A DNA stretch of 52,324 nt from a bacterium (lineage in GTDB: Bacteria > Zhuqueibacterota > QNDG01 > DTFT01): positions 1 to 52,324 of the forward strand of contig JAFGAX010000173.1 in assembly GCA_016933415.1 (NCBI GenBank). Direction: 5' to 3'. A program made the position numbers and the translations under genes. Of this stretch, positions 37,405 through 46,176 are shown piece after piece (the first letter of the stretch is position 1; every line of letters begins with the position of its first letter). The notes beneath the pieces were generated by a model, which ran no database searches, was not told the origin of the DNA, and was given only the letters and a program-made list of their open reading frames with translations.

Positions 37405-38631
37405 TCAGCCCGGCTCCGACGGTGGGTCTGTCCGTGGGTGGAGCGCGCTTTCTCCGCCCGGCAGATGGATGCGGCTCGGATTGCGGACGAAGAACGCCAT
37501 GATGGCCGCGGAAACGACACCGAGCGCCCCGGACACGAAGAAGATCGGCGCGTACCCGTGACGCTGGCTGATCAGACCGCCGAGGAGTGTCCCGATCAGG
37601 GCCGATCCGTTCAGCACGAATGTGCTGAAAAACGCCTGGGCCGAAAAACGGATTCCGGGAGGGGCTTCGGCGTCCATGAAAATCGCCGCGCCCACGTACA
37701 CGAAGGTGAGGGTGATGAGGTGGAAGCACTGGAAGGGCAGGAGCATCCACCAGTTGCCGACGAAGGCGAACGGCATCCATCTGAACAGCACGAAAAAGGT
37801 TCCGAGCACGAGAACGTTCTTCAGTCCCAGGCGGCGGATGATGGACGGCATGAAGGCCATGGTGATCATCTCCATTCCCGTGGCCGTCGCCCATATCCAT
37901 CCGGTCTGGGCGTTGTTCGCGCCCAGCGATTTGGCGTAAACGCTGAGAAACACGTACGCCATCTGGTTCGCCGTTTCGGACACGAGAACCGCCAGGATGA
38001 AAAACAGCACGTTCCGTTTGCGGAGAAAAGCGAGCAGAGACCGCCAGTCCCCAACCGACCGTGTCTGACGTCGTCGGGAAGGCACCTGACGGATGAAGCC
38101 CGCCGAAATCAGCATGCCGAGCGAGAACAGCAGGAAAAGCCAGCGCAGTCCGAGACGGTCGTACAGGGGGCCTGCAAGAATCACGGCCGCGAAAAATCCG
38201 AGCGACGCGAAGATGCGGAAGCTCCCGAAATGATTCCGCCGGGAGGCGCCGAGATAATCGAAGGTGATCGTATCGCTCATCGAATTGAAGGGCATGAAGA
38301 AGAACGCGGAAAGGGCCATGAACAGGAGCACGGCGGGAAACCGATGTCCCGCCAGGACGAGGGGAAAGCAGAGGGCGGACAGCACGCTCGCGGTCGCGGC
38401 CAGGCGCGTCCGGCTCCGCGTGGAATCGGCCCGCCAGCTCCAGAACGGCTGGCCCAGTAGCGCCATGGCCGGCCGCACCATGAGGATGAGGGCCAGTTCC
38501 CGGTTGTCGAATCCGAGGCGTTCCTTCAAAAAAACGGGCAGAAAGGGAGTCGAGGCGCCCAGGGCGAAAATTCCGAAAAAATAGGCGTTTCGGATCGCGG
38601 ATTTATAGGTCAAGCCGGCTCTTCCGATCAT
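37405..38631 (-). CDS. MFS transporter (nucleoside/PPP-like subfamily)
   Basis: About 12 TM segments, PFLPVFL, FGSFRIFASLGF. Confidence 0.8.
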   Translation of the reverse strand: MIGRAGLTYKSAIRNAYFFGIFALGASTPFLPVFLKERLGFDNRELALILMVRPAMALLGQPFWSWRADSTRSRTRLAATASVLSALCFPLVLAGHRFPAVLLFMALSAFFFMPFNSMSDTITFDYLGASRRNHFGSFRIFASLGFFAAVILAGPLYDRLGLRWLFLLFSLGMLISAGFIRQVPSRRRQTRSVGDWRSLLAFLRKRNVLFFILAVLVSETANQMAYVFLSVYAKSLGANNAQTGWIWATATGMEMITMAFMPSIIRRLGLKNVLVLGTFFVLFRWMPFAFVGNWWMLLPFQCFHLITLTFVYVGAAIFMDAEAPPGIRFSAQAFFSTFVLNGSALIGTLLGGLISQRHGYAPIFFVSGALGVVSAAIMAFFVRNPSRIHLPGGESALHPRTDPPSEPG

Positions 38632-38741
38632 GCGTCAACGATGATGCATCGCTAAAATAACGCAAAATCCTGCCGGTTTCAAGAGAAATTTTTCAGCGGG
38701 TCGCGCGCATCCGCGGCCGCTCGATCCGGACTTTCCTTTTC

Positions 38742-40172
38742 TTATCCGGCCAGATGAGGCAGTACAAGGCCCGCGAATCGGAGAACCAGGAAAAACCCGG
38801 CCATATCGGTGAGCGTGGTCAGAATCGGTCCGGATGCAAGCGCCGGGTCCATCCGGAACCGCCGGAGGAGGAGCGGTAGAACGCCGCCGAGGCAGACCGA
38901 CAGCATGGTGTTCAACGCGAGGGCGGACCCGACGACGAGTCCCAGCCAGGCGTTTCCCTTCCAGAGAATGGCCGCCAGACCGACCAGGCCTCCCAGCACG
39001 GTTCCGTTGAACGCGCCCAGTCCGATTTCCTTGCCGAGGACAAGGGCCACCTCGCGGGGACGGATCAGACCGAGACTCAGCTCCCGGATGCTCACGGCCA
39101 CGGCCTGATTTCCGGAACAGCCGCTCATGTCCGAAATGATCGGCAGAAAAACTGCGAGCACGACCGCGGCGGACAGGATGTCCTGGTTCGCCGCAATGAC
39201 GCTGGCGGCGAGAATATTGAGGATCACGTTGATGCCCAGCCAGGAGAGTCTCCGGCCTGCGCGGCGCCGGAACGGCATGCCCCGGAATTCCTCGCCTCCG
39301 AGAATGCCGCTCATTTTGAGGAACTGGCGCTGGGAGTCGTCGCCGAGCGCCTCGAAGGCGCTCTGCCGCGTCACGACGCCGAGCATCCGGCGCCGACCAT
39401 CGACCACGGGGAGCCCCATGAATCCCCGTTCCCGAAAAAGCGGAATCAGTCCTTCCATGGGTTCGTCGGTTCGGACGAGGACGGTTTCCCGGAGCATCAG
39501 ATCGGACAGGACCGATTGTTCCGGAGCGAGCAGCAGGTCGCGGAGACGGAGGATGCCGGCCAGCCTTCCGAGATGGTCGCGCACGTACACGTACTGCACA
39601 TCGAACCGGGCGTATCGCGTATGGTTCCGGCGGAGCGTCCGGATGGTCCGACGCACCGTCCAGTACTGCGGAAACGCCAGAAAATCGCTGGTCATGAGAC
39701 CGCCGGCCGTGGCGTCGGGATAGACCATCAGCCTGCGTGTCTGGGCGGCCTTCCGCAGGGGCAGTTTCCTGAGGATCGCCCTGGCCCTGCGGTTCGGTAT
39801 ATCGCCGAGTACATCGGCCCGCTCGTCGTCGGCGAGACGCTCGACGATCGACGCGGCGCGGGATGCGTCAAGATCCTCGATGACGTCCGCCGCCTGCTCA
39901 TCCGTCAGGTCTCGGATTACCTCTGCCGCCTGGCCGGGTTCGAGGATGCGGAACAGCCGTTCCCGCTCCTCATCGTCGAGACGGGCGACCAGCATGGCCG
40001 TTTCCGCGGGTTTCAGGCGGTTCAGGTGCGATTCGAGATCCGCACGGTTTCCCCGGAGCAGCAGGGCGGAGAATCCGCCTTTCGGGGCGGGGGCCGGTCC
40101 GTGCGGGCGGCTTCCCTCCCGCATGACGGCCGGCGGATGATCGCGTCGGGTTTTCCTTCTCTGTTTTTTCAT
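38742..40172 (-). CDS. mgtE: Magnesium transporter MgtE
   Basis: MgtE-N, YPDATAGGLMT CBS pair, RRLSWL, SGNQA, DPALASGPILTTLTD; start at ATG 40172 behind GGAGG. Confidence 0.92.
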   Translation of the reverse strand: MKKQRRKTRRDHPPAVMREGSRPHGPAPAPKGGFSALLLRGNRADLESHLNRLKPAETAMLVARLDDEERERLFRILEPGQAAEVIRDLTDEQAADVIEDLDASRAASIVERLADDERADVLGDIPNRRARAILRKLPLRKAAQTRRLMVYPDATAGGLMTSDFLAFPQYWTVRRTIRTLRRNHTRYARFDVQYVYVRDHLGRLAGILRLRDLLLAPEQSVLSDLMLRETVLVRTDEPMEGLIPLFRERGFMGLPVVDGRRRMLGVVTRQSAFEALGDDSQRQFLKMSGILGGEEFRGMPFRRRAGRRLSWLGINVILNILAASVIAANQDILSAAVVLAVFLPIISDMSGCSGNQAVAVSIRELSLGLIRPREVALVLGKEIGLGAFNGTVLGGLVGLAAILWKGNAWLGLVVGSALALNTMLSVCLGGVLPLLLRRFRMDPALASGPILTTLTDMAGFFLVLRFAGLVLPHLAG

Positions 40173-40400
40173 CTTCCTCCGGATGATCGACGCACCCATT
40201 CGCCGTTGACGCCGGTGCGGAGGTCGCGGTCGAGGAGGCCGCCGTTCAACTGAGAAACGGACTAAAAAGAATTCCGATCTTCCCGTTTGTTTCGGCCCGC
40301 AGGATGTCTTATATTTCTGCAAGGATGCGGGATGATGCACCACCATCCCGGAGATGTGCTACGGAACCGGTCCGGGAACGGAATCGCGAAAGCAGGCGCC

Positions 40401-42203
40401 ATGAATCACAATCTTGTGCTGGAGTTGTCCAGCCTTCTCGTGCTCGGTGTCGCAGGTCAATGGATCGCCTGGAGGCTTCGAATCCCTTCAATCGTTGTCC
40501 TGCTGGTCATCGGGTTCCTGGCCGGTCCTGTCTTGGGCCTGCTCCGGCCCGATGAGCTCCTGGGCGACGGACTTTTCGCGATCGTCTCCATCTCGGTGGC
40601 CATCATCCTCTTCGAGGGGGGACTGGGCCTGAACGCCCGCCAGATCCGCCTGGTCCGCCCCGTGCTGCTGAAACTGCTCAGCATCGGTGTTCTGGTGAAC
40701 GGGGGCCTCTGCGCGCTGGCGGCGAGATGGATCCTCGGCTGGAACTGGCCCCTGTCCGTTCTTTTCGGATCCATTCTCATCGTCACGGGTCCGACGGTGA
40801 TCACTCCCCTCGTGCGGCAGCTTCGTCTGCAGGGACAGGTCGGCTCCCTGCTCAAATGGGAGGGCATCATGTCGGATCCCTTGGGCGCCGTGCTGGCGGT
40901 GCTGGTGTTTCACGCGATCCGCATTGAAACCATGACGGTGGATGTCGGGGAGGTCGCCCGGGGCCTTCTGACGACCACCGCGGTCGGTGCGGCGTTCGGG
41001 GCCGTTGCGGCCGGTCTCCTGATCCTGTCCCTGAAGCGGTACTGGATTCCGGACAGCCTGCAGCACGCGGCCGTGCTCATGGCGGTGATCACCGTGTTTG
41101 CCGGGGCGAACCAGTTGCAGAAGGAATCCGGACTGATCGCCGTCACCATCATGGGAGTCATCATGGCCAACCAGCGGCTGGTCCCGGTCCGGAGGCTTCT
41201 GGAATTCAAGGAGACAGTGGGGACGCTGCTGGTTGGAATCCTGTTCGTGCTGCTGACCTCCCGGTTGAGCTTTTCCGATCTATCGATCATTCGCGGCCGG
41301 GGATGGCTTTTCCTGGCCGCGATCGTGATCGTGGCGCGGCCGGCCGCGGTCCTGTTATCCACGCTCGGCTCCCGGCTCAAACTGCAGAGACGACTGTTCA
41401 TCGCGGGCATGGCGCCCAGGGGAATCGTGGCGGCGGCCGTTCTCTCCATCTTTTCGATCTCGCTCGCGAGACTGAATTACCCGCAGGCGGAACAGTTCGC
41501 GCCCGTCGGTTTCTTCGTGGTCGTGTGCACGGTCATGGGATACGGGCTGTCGGCTCCGTGGCTCGCAAAACGTCTGGGGCTGGTTCAGGACGATCCGCAG
41601 GGCGTGCTTTTCGTCGGCATGCAGGGATGGGCGCTGGATCTGGCGCTGTCGCTTAAAAAGGAGGGTATTCCCGTCCTCGGCGTCGATACCAACCGTGACA
41701 ACGCCATGAAAGCCCGTCTTTCAGGGCTTCCGGTCTTCGTCGGCAGTGTGCTTTCCGAATCCGTCAAGGAGGAGATGAATCTGACACGCATCCGCCGGCT
41801 GATCGCGCTCACGCCGAACGACGAACTGAACGCCCTCGGGTGCCAGCATTTTCGGGATCTGTTCGGAAGGAACGAAATCTACCAGCTGCCGCATGTCACC
41901 GGCGGAAGGTTCGAGTCTGTGTCCATCGAGCATCGGGGCAGAATGCTTTTTCCGGCTGGAACCGATCCCGCGGCCTGGATCGGAGCGGACGGACGCGACC
42001 GTCTGTCCGTCCGAAAAACGAATCTGACGGAACAGTTCAGTTTTGAAACATTCCGCCTGCAGAACAGGGCGACGCATCTGCCGGTTTTCCTCATACCGCA
42101 GAAGGGCGGTCTTGCCGTGTTCACGCGGGACACGGAACTCAAGCCCCAGCCCGGAGACGCTGTGATCAGTCTGACGCTTTCCCGCCCCGGTTCCGCCGCC
42201 TGA
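40401..42203 (+). CDS. CPA1 cation:proton antiporter (NhaP-like) with C-terminal TrkA-N-like domain
   Basis: IILFEGGL, VTGPTVI, LKWEGIMSDP, ESGL, APRGIVAAA; ALTPNDELN. Confidence 0.88.
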   Translation: MNHNLVLELSSLLVLGVAGQWIAWRLRIPSIVVLLVIGFLAGPVLGLLRPDELLGDGLFAIVSISVAIILFEGGLGLNARQIRLVRPVLLKLLSIGVLVNGGLCALAARWILGWNWPLSVLFGSILIVTGPTVITPLVRQLRLQGQVGSLLKWEGIMSDPLGAVLAVLVFHAIRIETMTVDVGEVARGLLTTTAVGAAFGAVAAGLLILSLKRYWIPDSLQHAAVLMAVITVFAGANQLQKESGLIAVTIMGVIMANQRLVPVRRLLEFKETVGTLLVGILFVLLTSRLSFSDLSIIRGRGWLFLAAIVIVARPAAVLLSTLGSRLKLQRRLFIAGMAPRGIVAAAVLSIFSISLARLNYPQAEQFAPVGFFVVVCTVMGYGLSAPWLAKRLGLVQDDPQGVLFVGMQGWALDLALSLKKEGIPVLGVDTNRDNAMKARLSGLPVFVGSVLSESVKEEMNLTRIRRLIALTPNDELNALGCQHFRDLFGRNEIYQLPHVTGGRFESVSIEHRGRMLFPAGTDPAAWIGADGRDRLSVRKTNLTEQFSFETFRLQNRATHLPVFLIPQKGGLAVFTRDTELKPQPGDAVISLTLSRPGSAA

Positions 42204-42220
42204 ATCTGACCGCTCGCGCA

Positions 42221-42356
42221 TTTCCTGGTCCGGCGATGCGGGATCAATCTGCAGATGCTGGCTATTGAAGACTTCGCCGGACAAAGCAGCAAGATTTGTT
42301 TTTATTGAAGGCCCGCCGCTTGCCTTCGCCCAGAAGGCATCAAATCGATTGGTCCC
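42221..42356. repeat. REP/REPIN-like element, copy 2 (partial)
   Basis: 42233-42277 is identical to 4752-4796; similarity continues through TTGAAGGCCC...TTGCCTTC and TTGGTCCC; lies between convergent genes. Confidence 0.8.
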
Positions 42357-42370
42357 GTTTGACGGAAGAA

Positions 42371-43579
42371 TTACAGATACACGACGTCACCCGTGATGTT
42401 CATGGACAGGAAAAGCAGAAGATAGTCACGCAGATGACGCGTGAGCAGGAAATTGTTCCGGACGTGTTCCCGGCCGTTTTCCCCGAGTTTTTTCGCGAAT
42501 TCCGGGCTGTTCAGCAGCTGCTTGAGTGAAAACGCCGCGCCATCGACCGAATGGCAGAGCATTCCGGAATACTTATGACGGATCTGCAGGGGAATGCCGC
42601 CCACGGCCGAGGCCAGGACCGGCTTCGCCTTCCACAGGGCCTCCGTGACGGTGAGGCCGAACCCCTCCTTGAGGGATTTCTGCACGATGACGTCCGAGGC
42701 GCGCTGAAGGGCGTTGATCTCGATGTCGTTCTGGGACATGAGCAGAATATGCACATCCGGATCGCCGGCCGCCTTTTCCAGCACTTCCTGATACACCTCG
42801 GCGCCTTCGGGATCGTCCGAAGCCGTACCGCCGGCCAGTACAAGGCGGCAGTCGACGTTCTTTTTCGCGATCCGGTACGCCTCCAGGACGCCGACCGGAT
42901 CTTTCAGCCGGTCGAAGCGGGAAATCTGGGTGACGATCGGCTTGTCCCGGGGGATGCCGTACTTGTTCATCACGGCGTCGACGATATCCGGTCCGATGTC
43001 CCGGTTCTTGTCGCTCAGCGGGTCGATGGACGGAGAAATCAGCGCCTGGCGCATGGGCAATTCACGGGAAAACCCCGGCGCCGAGAACACGGCCGCGTCG
43101 TAACGGACCACGTAGTCGGCGAGGAACCGCCAGACCTCCTGCAGGGGATCGGAAACGTCGACATGGCATCGCCAGATCCACTTGTTGCCGGATTTCTTTT
43201 CGATCAGGGTCACCGGCTGGGGGTCGTGGATGAAGACGATATCCGCGTCGGTCGCCGTCCGTTCGGCGTTGAGACGGCCGTTTTCGACGAATACCTCGAA
43301 ATCCTCCCGGGTCAGCGATTCCGGCTTGCCGTGAAGGGCGTTGTGGAACTTTTTGGTCACGCCGAAGAAGCGTTCTCCGCCCGTGATCACGTCCCAGCGG
43401 GAATCGACGCCCAGTTCGTTGCACAGGGGAACCATGCGGTTGAGGATTTCCGCCACGCCGCCGCCCACGGCAGTCGAATTGATATGCTGAATCCGGCGGC
43501 CGGACAGCCGCTCGGACAGCAGGCGCAGGTCCTCGATGACGGACCGGCCCACGATCGGAATGTAGTCGTCCAGTTGCAT
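42371..43579 (-). CDS. treT: GT4 trehalose glycosyltransferring synthase (TreT-like)
   Basis: HINSTAVGGGVAEIL, KKFHNALHG, IHDPQP, WRCHVD, QISRFDRLKDP, EGFGLTVTEALWK; start ATG 43579. Confidence 0.85.
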   Translation of the reverse strand: MQLDDYIPIVGRSVIEDLRLLSERLSGRRIQHINSTAVGGGVAEILNRMVPLCNELGVDSRWDVITGGERFFGVTKKFHNALHGKPESLTREDFEVFVENGRLNAERTATDADIVFIHDPQPVTLIEKKSGNKWIWRCHVDVSDPLQEVWRFLADYVVRYDAAVFSAPGFSRELPMRQALISPSIDPLSDKNRDIGPDIVDAVMNKYGIPRDKPIVTQISRFDRLKDPVGVLEAYRIAKKNVDCRLVLAGGTASDDPEGAEVYQEVLEKAAGDPDVHILLMSQNDIEINALQRASDVIVQKSLKEGFGLTVTEALWKAKPVLASAVGGIPLQIRHKYSGMLCHSVDGAAFSLKQLLNSPEFAKKLGENGREHVRNNFLLTRHLRDYLLLFLSMNITGDVVYL

Positions 43580-43583
43580 TGTG

Positions 43584-44258
43584 TCACCGGCGCGGAATTC
43601 TGCTCCGGATGAGCCGGAGAAGGGAGCGCCGAAGGCCCTCCATTGTATGGGTGTACGGATCAAGGCGCTCGACATCGGCGGCGAGCGCAGCGTCGCCGAG
43701 CGAGCCGGAAAACCAGGTAGAAAAGTCATTCGTCTGCTTCTCAAGGCGCAGGCGCGACTCGAACATGTGGTAATACAGGGAGTCGGCGGTGATCTCCTGC
43801 AGGATGCCGGCGAATTCTTCCAGCGTCCGGGCCTCATGCCGGGTGGGCAGAATGAAGCTGACGGATTTCATGAAGAAAAACTCCTCCCCCGGGTCCGCGG
43901 TTTTGTTCAGCGCCCGGGGATGTTCCCCCGCGTAGCGTTCCATGGTGCCGCAAAGCGATTCCCGCAGGCTCCGGATGTCTCCAAATTGAACGGTGTTCAC
44001 GCTGGCGAGGTGTTCGCCGAGCGCCTCCTCGCCGAGCGCCTCAGTCGCCCAGTAGGCGAAATCGTTCGGCGGCTCAGGGGAGAGGTATTGGTGCTGCTGC
44101 AGAAACCGGTGCGTGTGGTGGTAGATGCTCGACCCCGGCACGCTTTTCATGCAGCGGATCAGTTCCGCGAGCGAGGAGGCCTTGATGCCCAGCAGTTCCG
44201 TCAGATGGAGCCGGGTGTAAAACCGGAACGGTTCCACCGCGTGTGTCGATTCAGTCAT
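43584..44258 (-). CDS. DUF5752 (OrfY-like) protein
   Basis: Internal duplication SIYHH...NDFAYW / SLYYH...NDFSTW; adjacent to treT. Confidence 0.8.
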   Translation of the reverse strand: MTESTHAVEPFRFYTRLHLTELLGIKASSLAELIRCMKSVPGSSIYHHTHRFLQQHQYLSPEPPNDFAYWATEALGEEALGEHLASVNTVQFGDIRSLRESLCGTMERYAGEHPRALNKTADPGEEFFFMKSVSFILPTRHEARTLEEFAGILQEITADSLYYHMFESRLRLEKQTNDFSTWFSGSLGDAALAADVERLDPYTHTMEGLRRSLLRLIRSRIPRR

Positions 44259-45052
44259 TTCGATCCTTCCCGGAGTCGAACGAGCCTGTCCAGAAAACGG
44301 GCAGTCGATTCCGTATCGTCGATGGTGTAACGGGCGGCCGATCGGACCGAACGGCCGACCCGGATCGTCACGCCTTCATCCCGAAGCGCCCGGAACGCAT
44401 CCTCGTCCGTGCGGTCGTCACCGATATAGACGGCCGTTGTCGGCATCCGGCCCGGGAGCCAGACCCGGTTCGACAGGAGCCACAGAACGGCTTCTCCCTT
44501 GTCCCAGGGAGCCGGCGGACGGATCTCCAGAATCCGCTTGCCGGTCCGGATCTGCAGGCGGTTCTGATAGGGCCGGACGGCGCGGCGGAACGCCGCAACG
44601 GCCCCGGGAACGACCCGGCGGTCCGCCCTGCGGTAATGAAAAGACAGCGTCAATCCCTTGTCCTCGATCTCGGTTCCCGGAAATACGGATGGCAGATCGG
44701 CGATCGAGTCCCGGATGTGGTCCAGGGTCCGCGGATAGCCCGGCGGAGCCTTGCAGCGGAACCGGAAGCCCGCGCCCTCGATCTCGAGTCCATGGTTCCC
44801 GGCATATGCGATTTTCTTCAGACGGACGCGTTTTTTCAGGTCGGCCAGCGATCGGCCGCTCACCACGCCGACCCGCACGCCGGGGCAGGCGGATAACCGG
44901 GAAAGCGTCCGGCGGAGGCACGGGGAAATGGCCGCTTGCTCGGGCTGGCGGACGATGGGCGCCAGGGTTCCATCGAAGTCCAGAAAAACGGCAAGCCGGC
45001 CGGATGCCAGCCGCGGCTTCACTTCGGACCAATGACGAAGTACCGAGCGCAC
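44255..45052 (-). CDS. otsB: Trehalose-6-phosphate phosphatase
   Basis: FLDFDGTLAPI, VSGR, YAGNHGLE, HYR, LEIRP...WDKG, YIGDDRTDEDAF. Confidence 0.93.
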   Translation of the reverse strand: MRSVLRHWSEVKPRLASGRLAVFLDFDGTLAPIVRQPEQAAISPCLRRTLSRLSACPGVRVGVVSGRSLADLKKRVRLKKIAYAGNHGLEIEGAGFRFRCKAPPGYPRTLDHIRDSIADLPSVFPGTEIEDKGLTLSFHYRRADRRVVPGAVAAFRRAVRPYQNRLQIRTGKRILEIRPPAPWDKGEAVLWLLSNRVWLPGRMPTTAVYIGDDRTDEDAFRALRDEGVTIRVGRSVRSAARYTIDDTESTARFLDRLVRLREGSK

Positions 45053-45061
45053 GGCGTCCGT

Positions 45062-46144
45062 TCAGCTGACCGGACCGGCCGGCTGAGCGGGAGGGCCGCC
45101 GGCGGGTTCCCATGTCAGGGTGCGCATGGGGTAGGGGATCACGATTCCTTCACTGCGGTAGCGTTCGTGGAGGCGTTTCACGAATTCGTGCTTGATCAGG
45201 TACTGATCCGTGAATCCCTTCACCCTCAGGATCACCGTGAAATGGATGCCCGAGTCGCCGAATGTGTGGTACCGGATGAACGGCGTGAATCCGGAAACGC
45301 CTCCCGCCACGGAGCGGAGCAGCTCGGTTGCGACGTCCACGGTGACTTTTTCAACCAGGGTCAGGTCGCTGTCGTAATGCACACTCACGTCGATCAGGAC
45401 GGACATTTCCGGGTCCGGAAGATGATAGTTGATCAGAACGGCCTGGGCGAGCTTGGCGTTCGGAATCAGAACGATGTTGTTCGAAAGCATGCGGATCTTC
45501 GTGATGCGCCAGCCGATATCCTCGATGGTGCCTTCCTGTCCGCCCTCGAGGCGTACAAAATCGCCGCTTCTCACCTGTCTCGAGGCGATGATATGAAAAC
45601 CCGCGAACAGATTGGCGAGCGTGTCCTGCAGGGCGAGAGCGACGGCCAATCCTCCGACGCCCAGGGTCGCCAGAATCGGCGTTACGGAAATGCCGAGTGT
45701 GTTCAGCACAATGAGCGCGCCCAGAATCCACAGCACGATCCGGATTGCATGATGGGTGAGTGACGCCATCGGAAGGGGGCCGGTGATCCGACCCGCGGAA
45801 GCGCGGATCAGGGAAGCGGAGGCATTTGAAAAGGCCATCACCACGGAGAGGACCGCCAGGATGAACAGGGCTTTCCCGCTGATTGCGAGAAGCCGGTCGG
45901 GGAGGGCGTAGAGTGTCAGCGCCACGTATATCCCCCCCATGATGCACCAGAGCAGGAACGGTGAACGGATCGATTCGATCGCCACATCGTCCCATGTCGA
46001 CCGGGTTCTTTGCGACAGGCGCCTCAGCCGCCGGAACAGCGCCTGCCGGACCCATAGTCCCAGAATCAGGGCTGCGACGGGTGACAGAAGCGGAAGCAGG
46101 TTCCGCGGTTGCGAGATCCATCCGGTGATTTCGCCGAATTGCAC
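45062..46144 (-). CDS. mscS: Small-conductance mechanosensitive channel
   Basis: LGVGGLAVALALQDTLANLFAG, GDFV...IGWRITKIR...IPN; start moved to GTG 46144 behind GGAG. Confidence 0.9.
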   Translation of the reverse strand: MQFGEITGWISQPRNLLPLLSPVAALILGLWVRQALFRRLRRLSQRTRSTWDDVAIESIRSPFLLWCIMGGIYVALTLYALPDRLLAISGKALFILAVLSVVMAFSNASASLIRASAGRITGPLPMASLTHHAIRIVLWILGALIVLNTLGISVTPILATLGVGGLAVALALQDTLANLFAGFHIIASRQVRSGDFVRLEGGQEGTIEDIGWRITKIRMLSNNIVLIPNAKLAQAVLINYHLPDPEMSVLIDVSVHYDSDLTLVEKVTVDVATELLRSVAGGVSGFTPFIRYHTFGDSGIHFTVILRVKGFTDQYLIKHEFVKRLHERYRSEGIVIPYPMRTLTWEPAGGPPAQPAGPVS

Positions 46145-46176
46145 GGGAATCTCCAGGTTTTCGTGAACGGGGGGAG

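Noticed and set aside
43580-43837. N-terminal extension of the TreT ORF
   Set aside because: Overlaps the DUF5752 gene; TreT similarity starts at ATG 43579.
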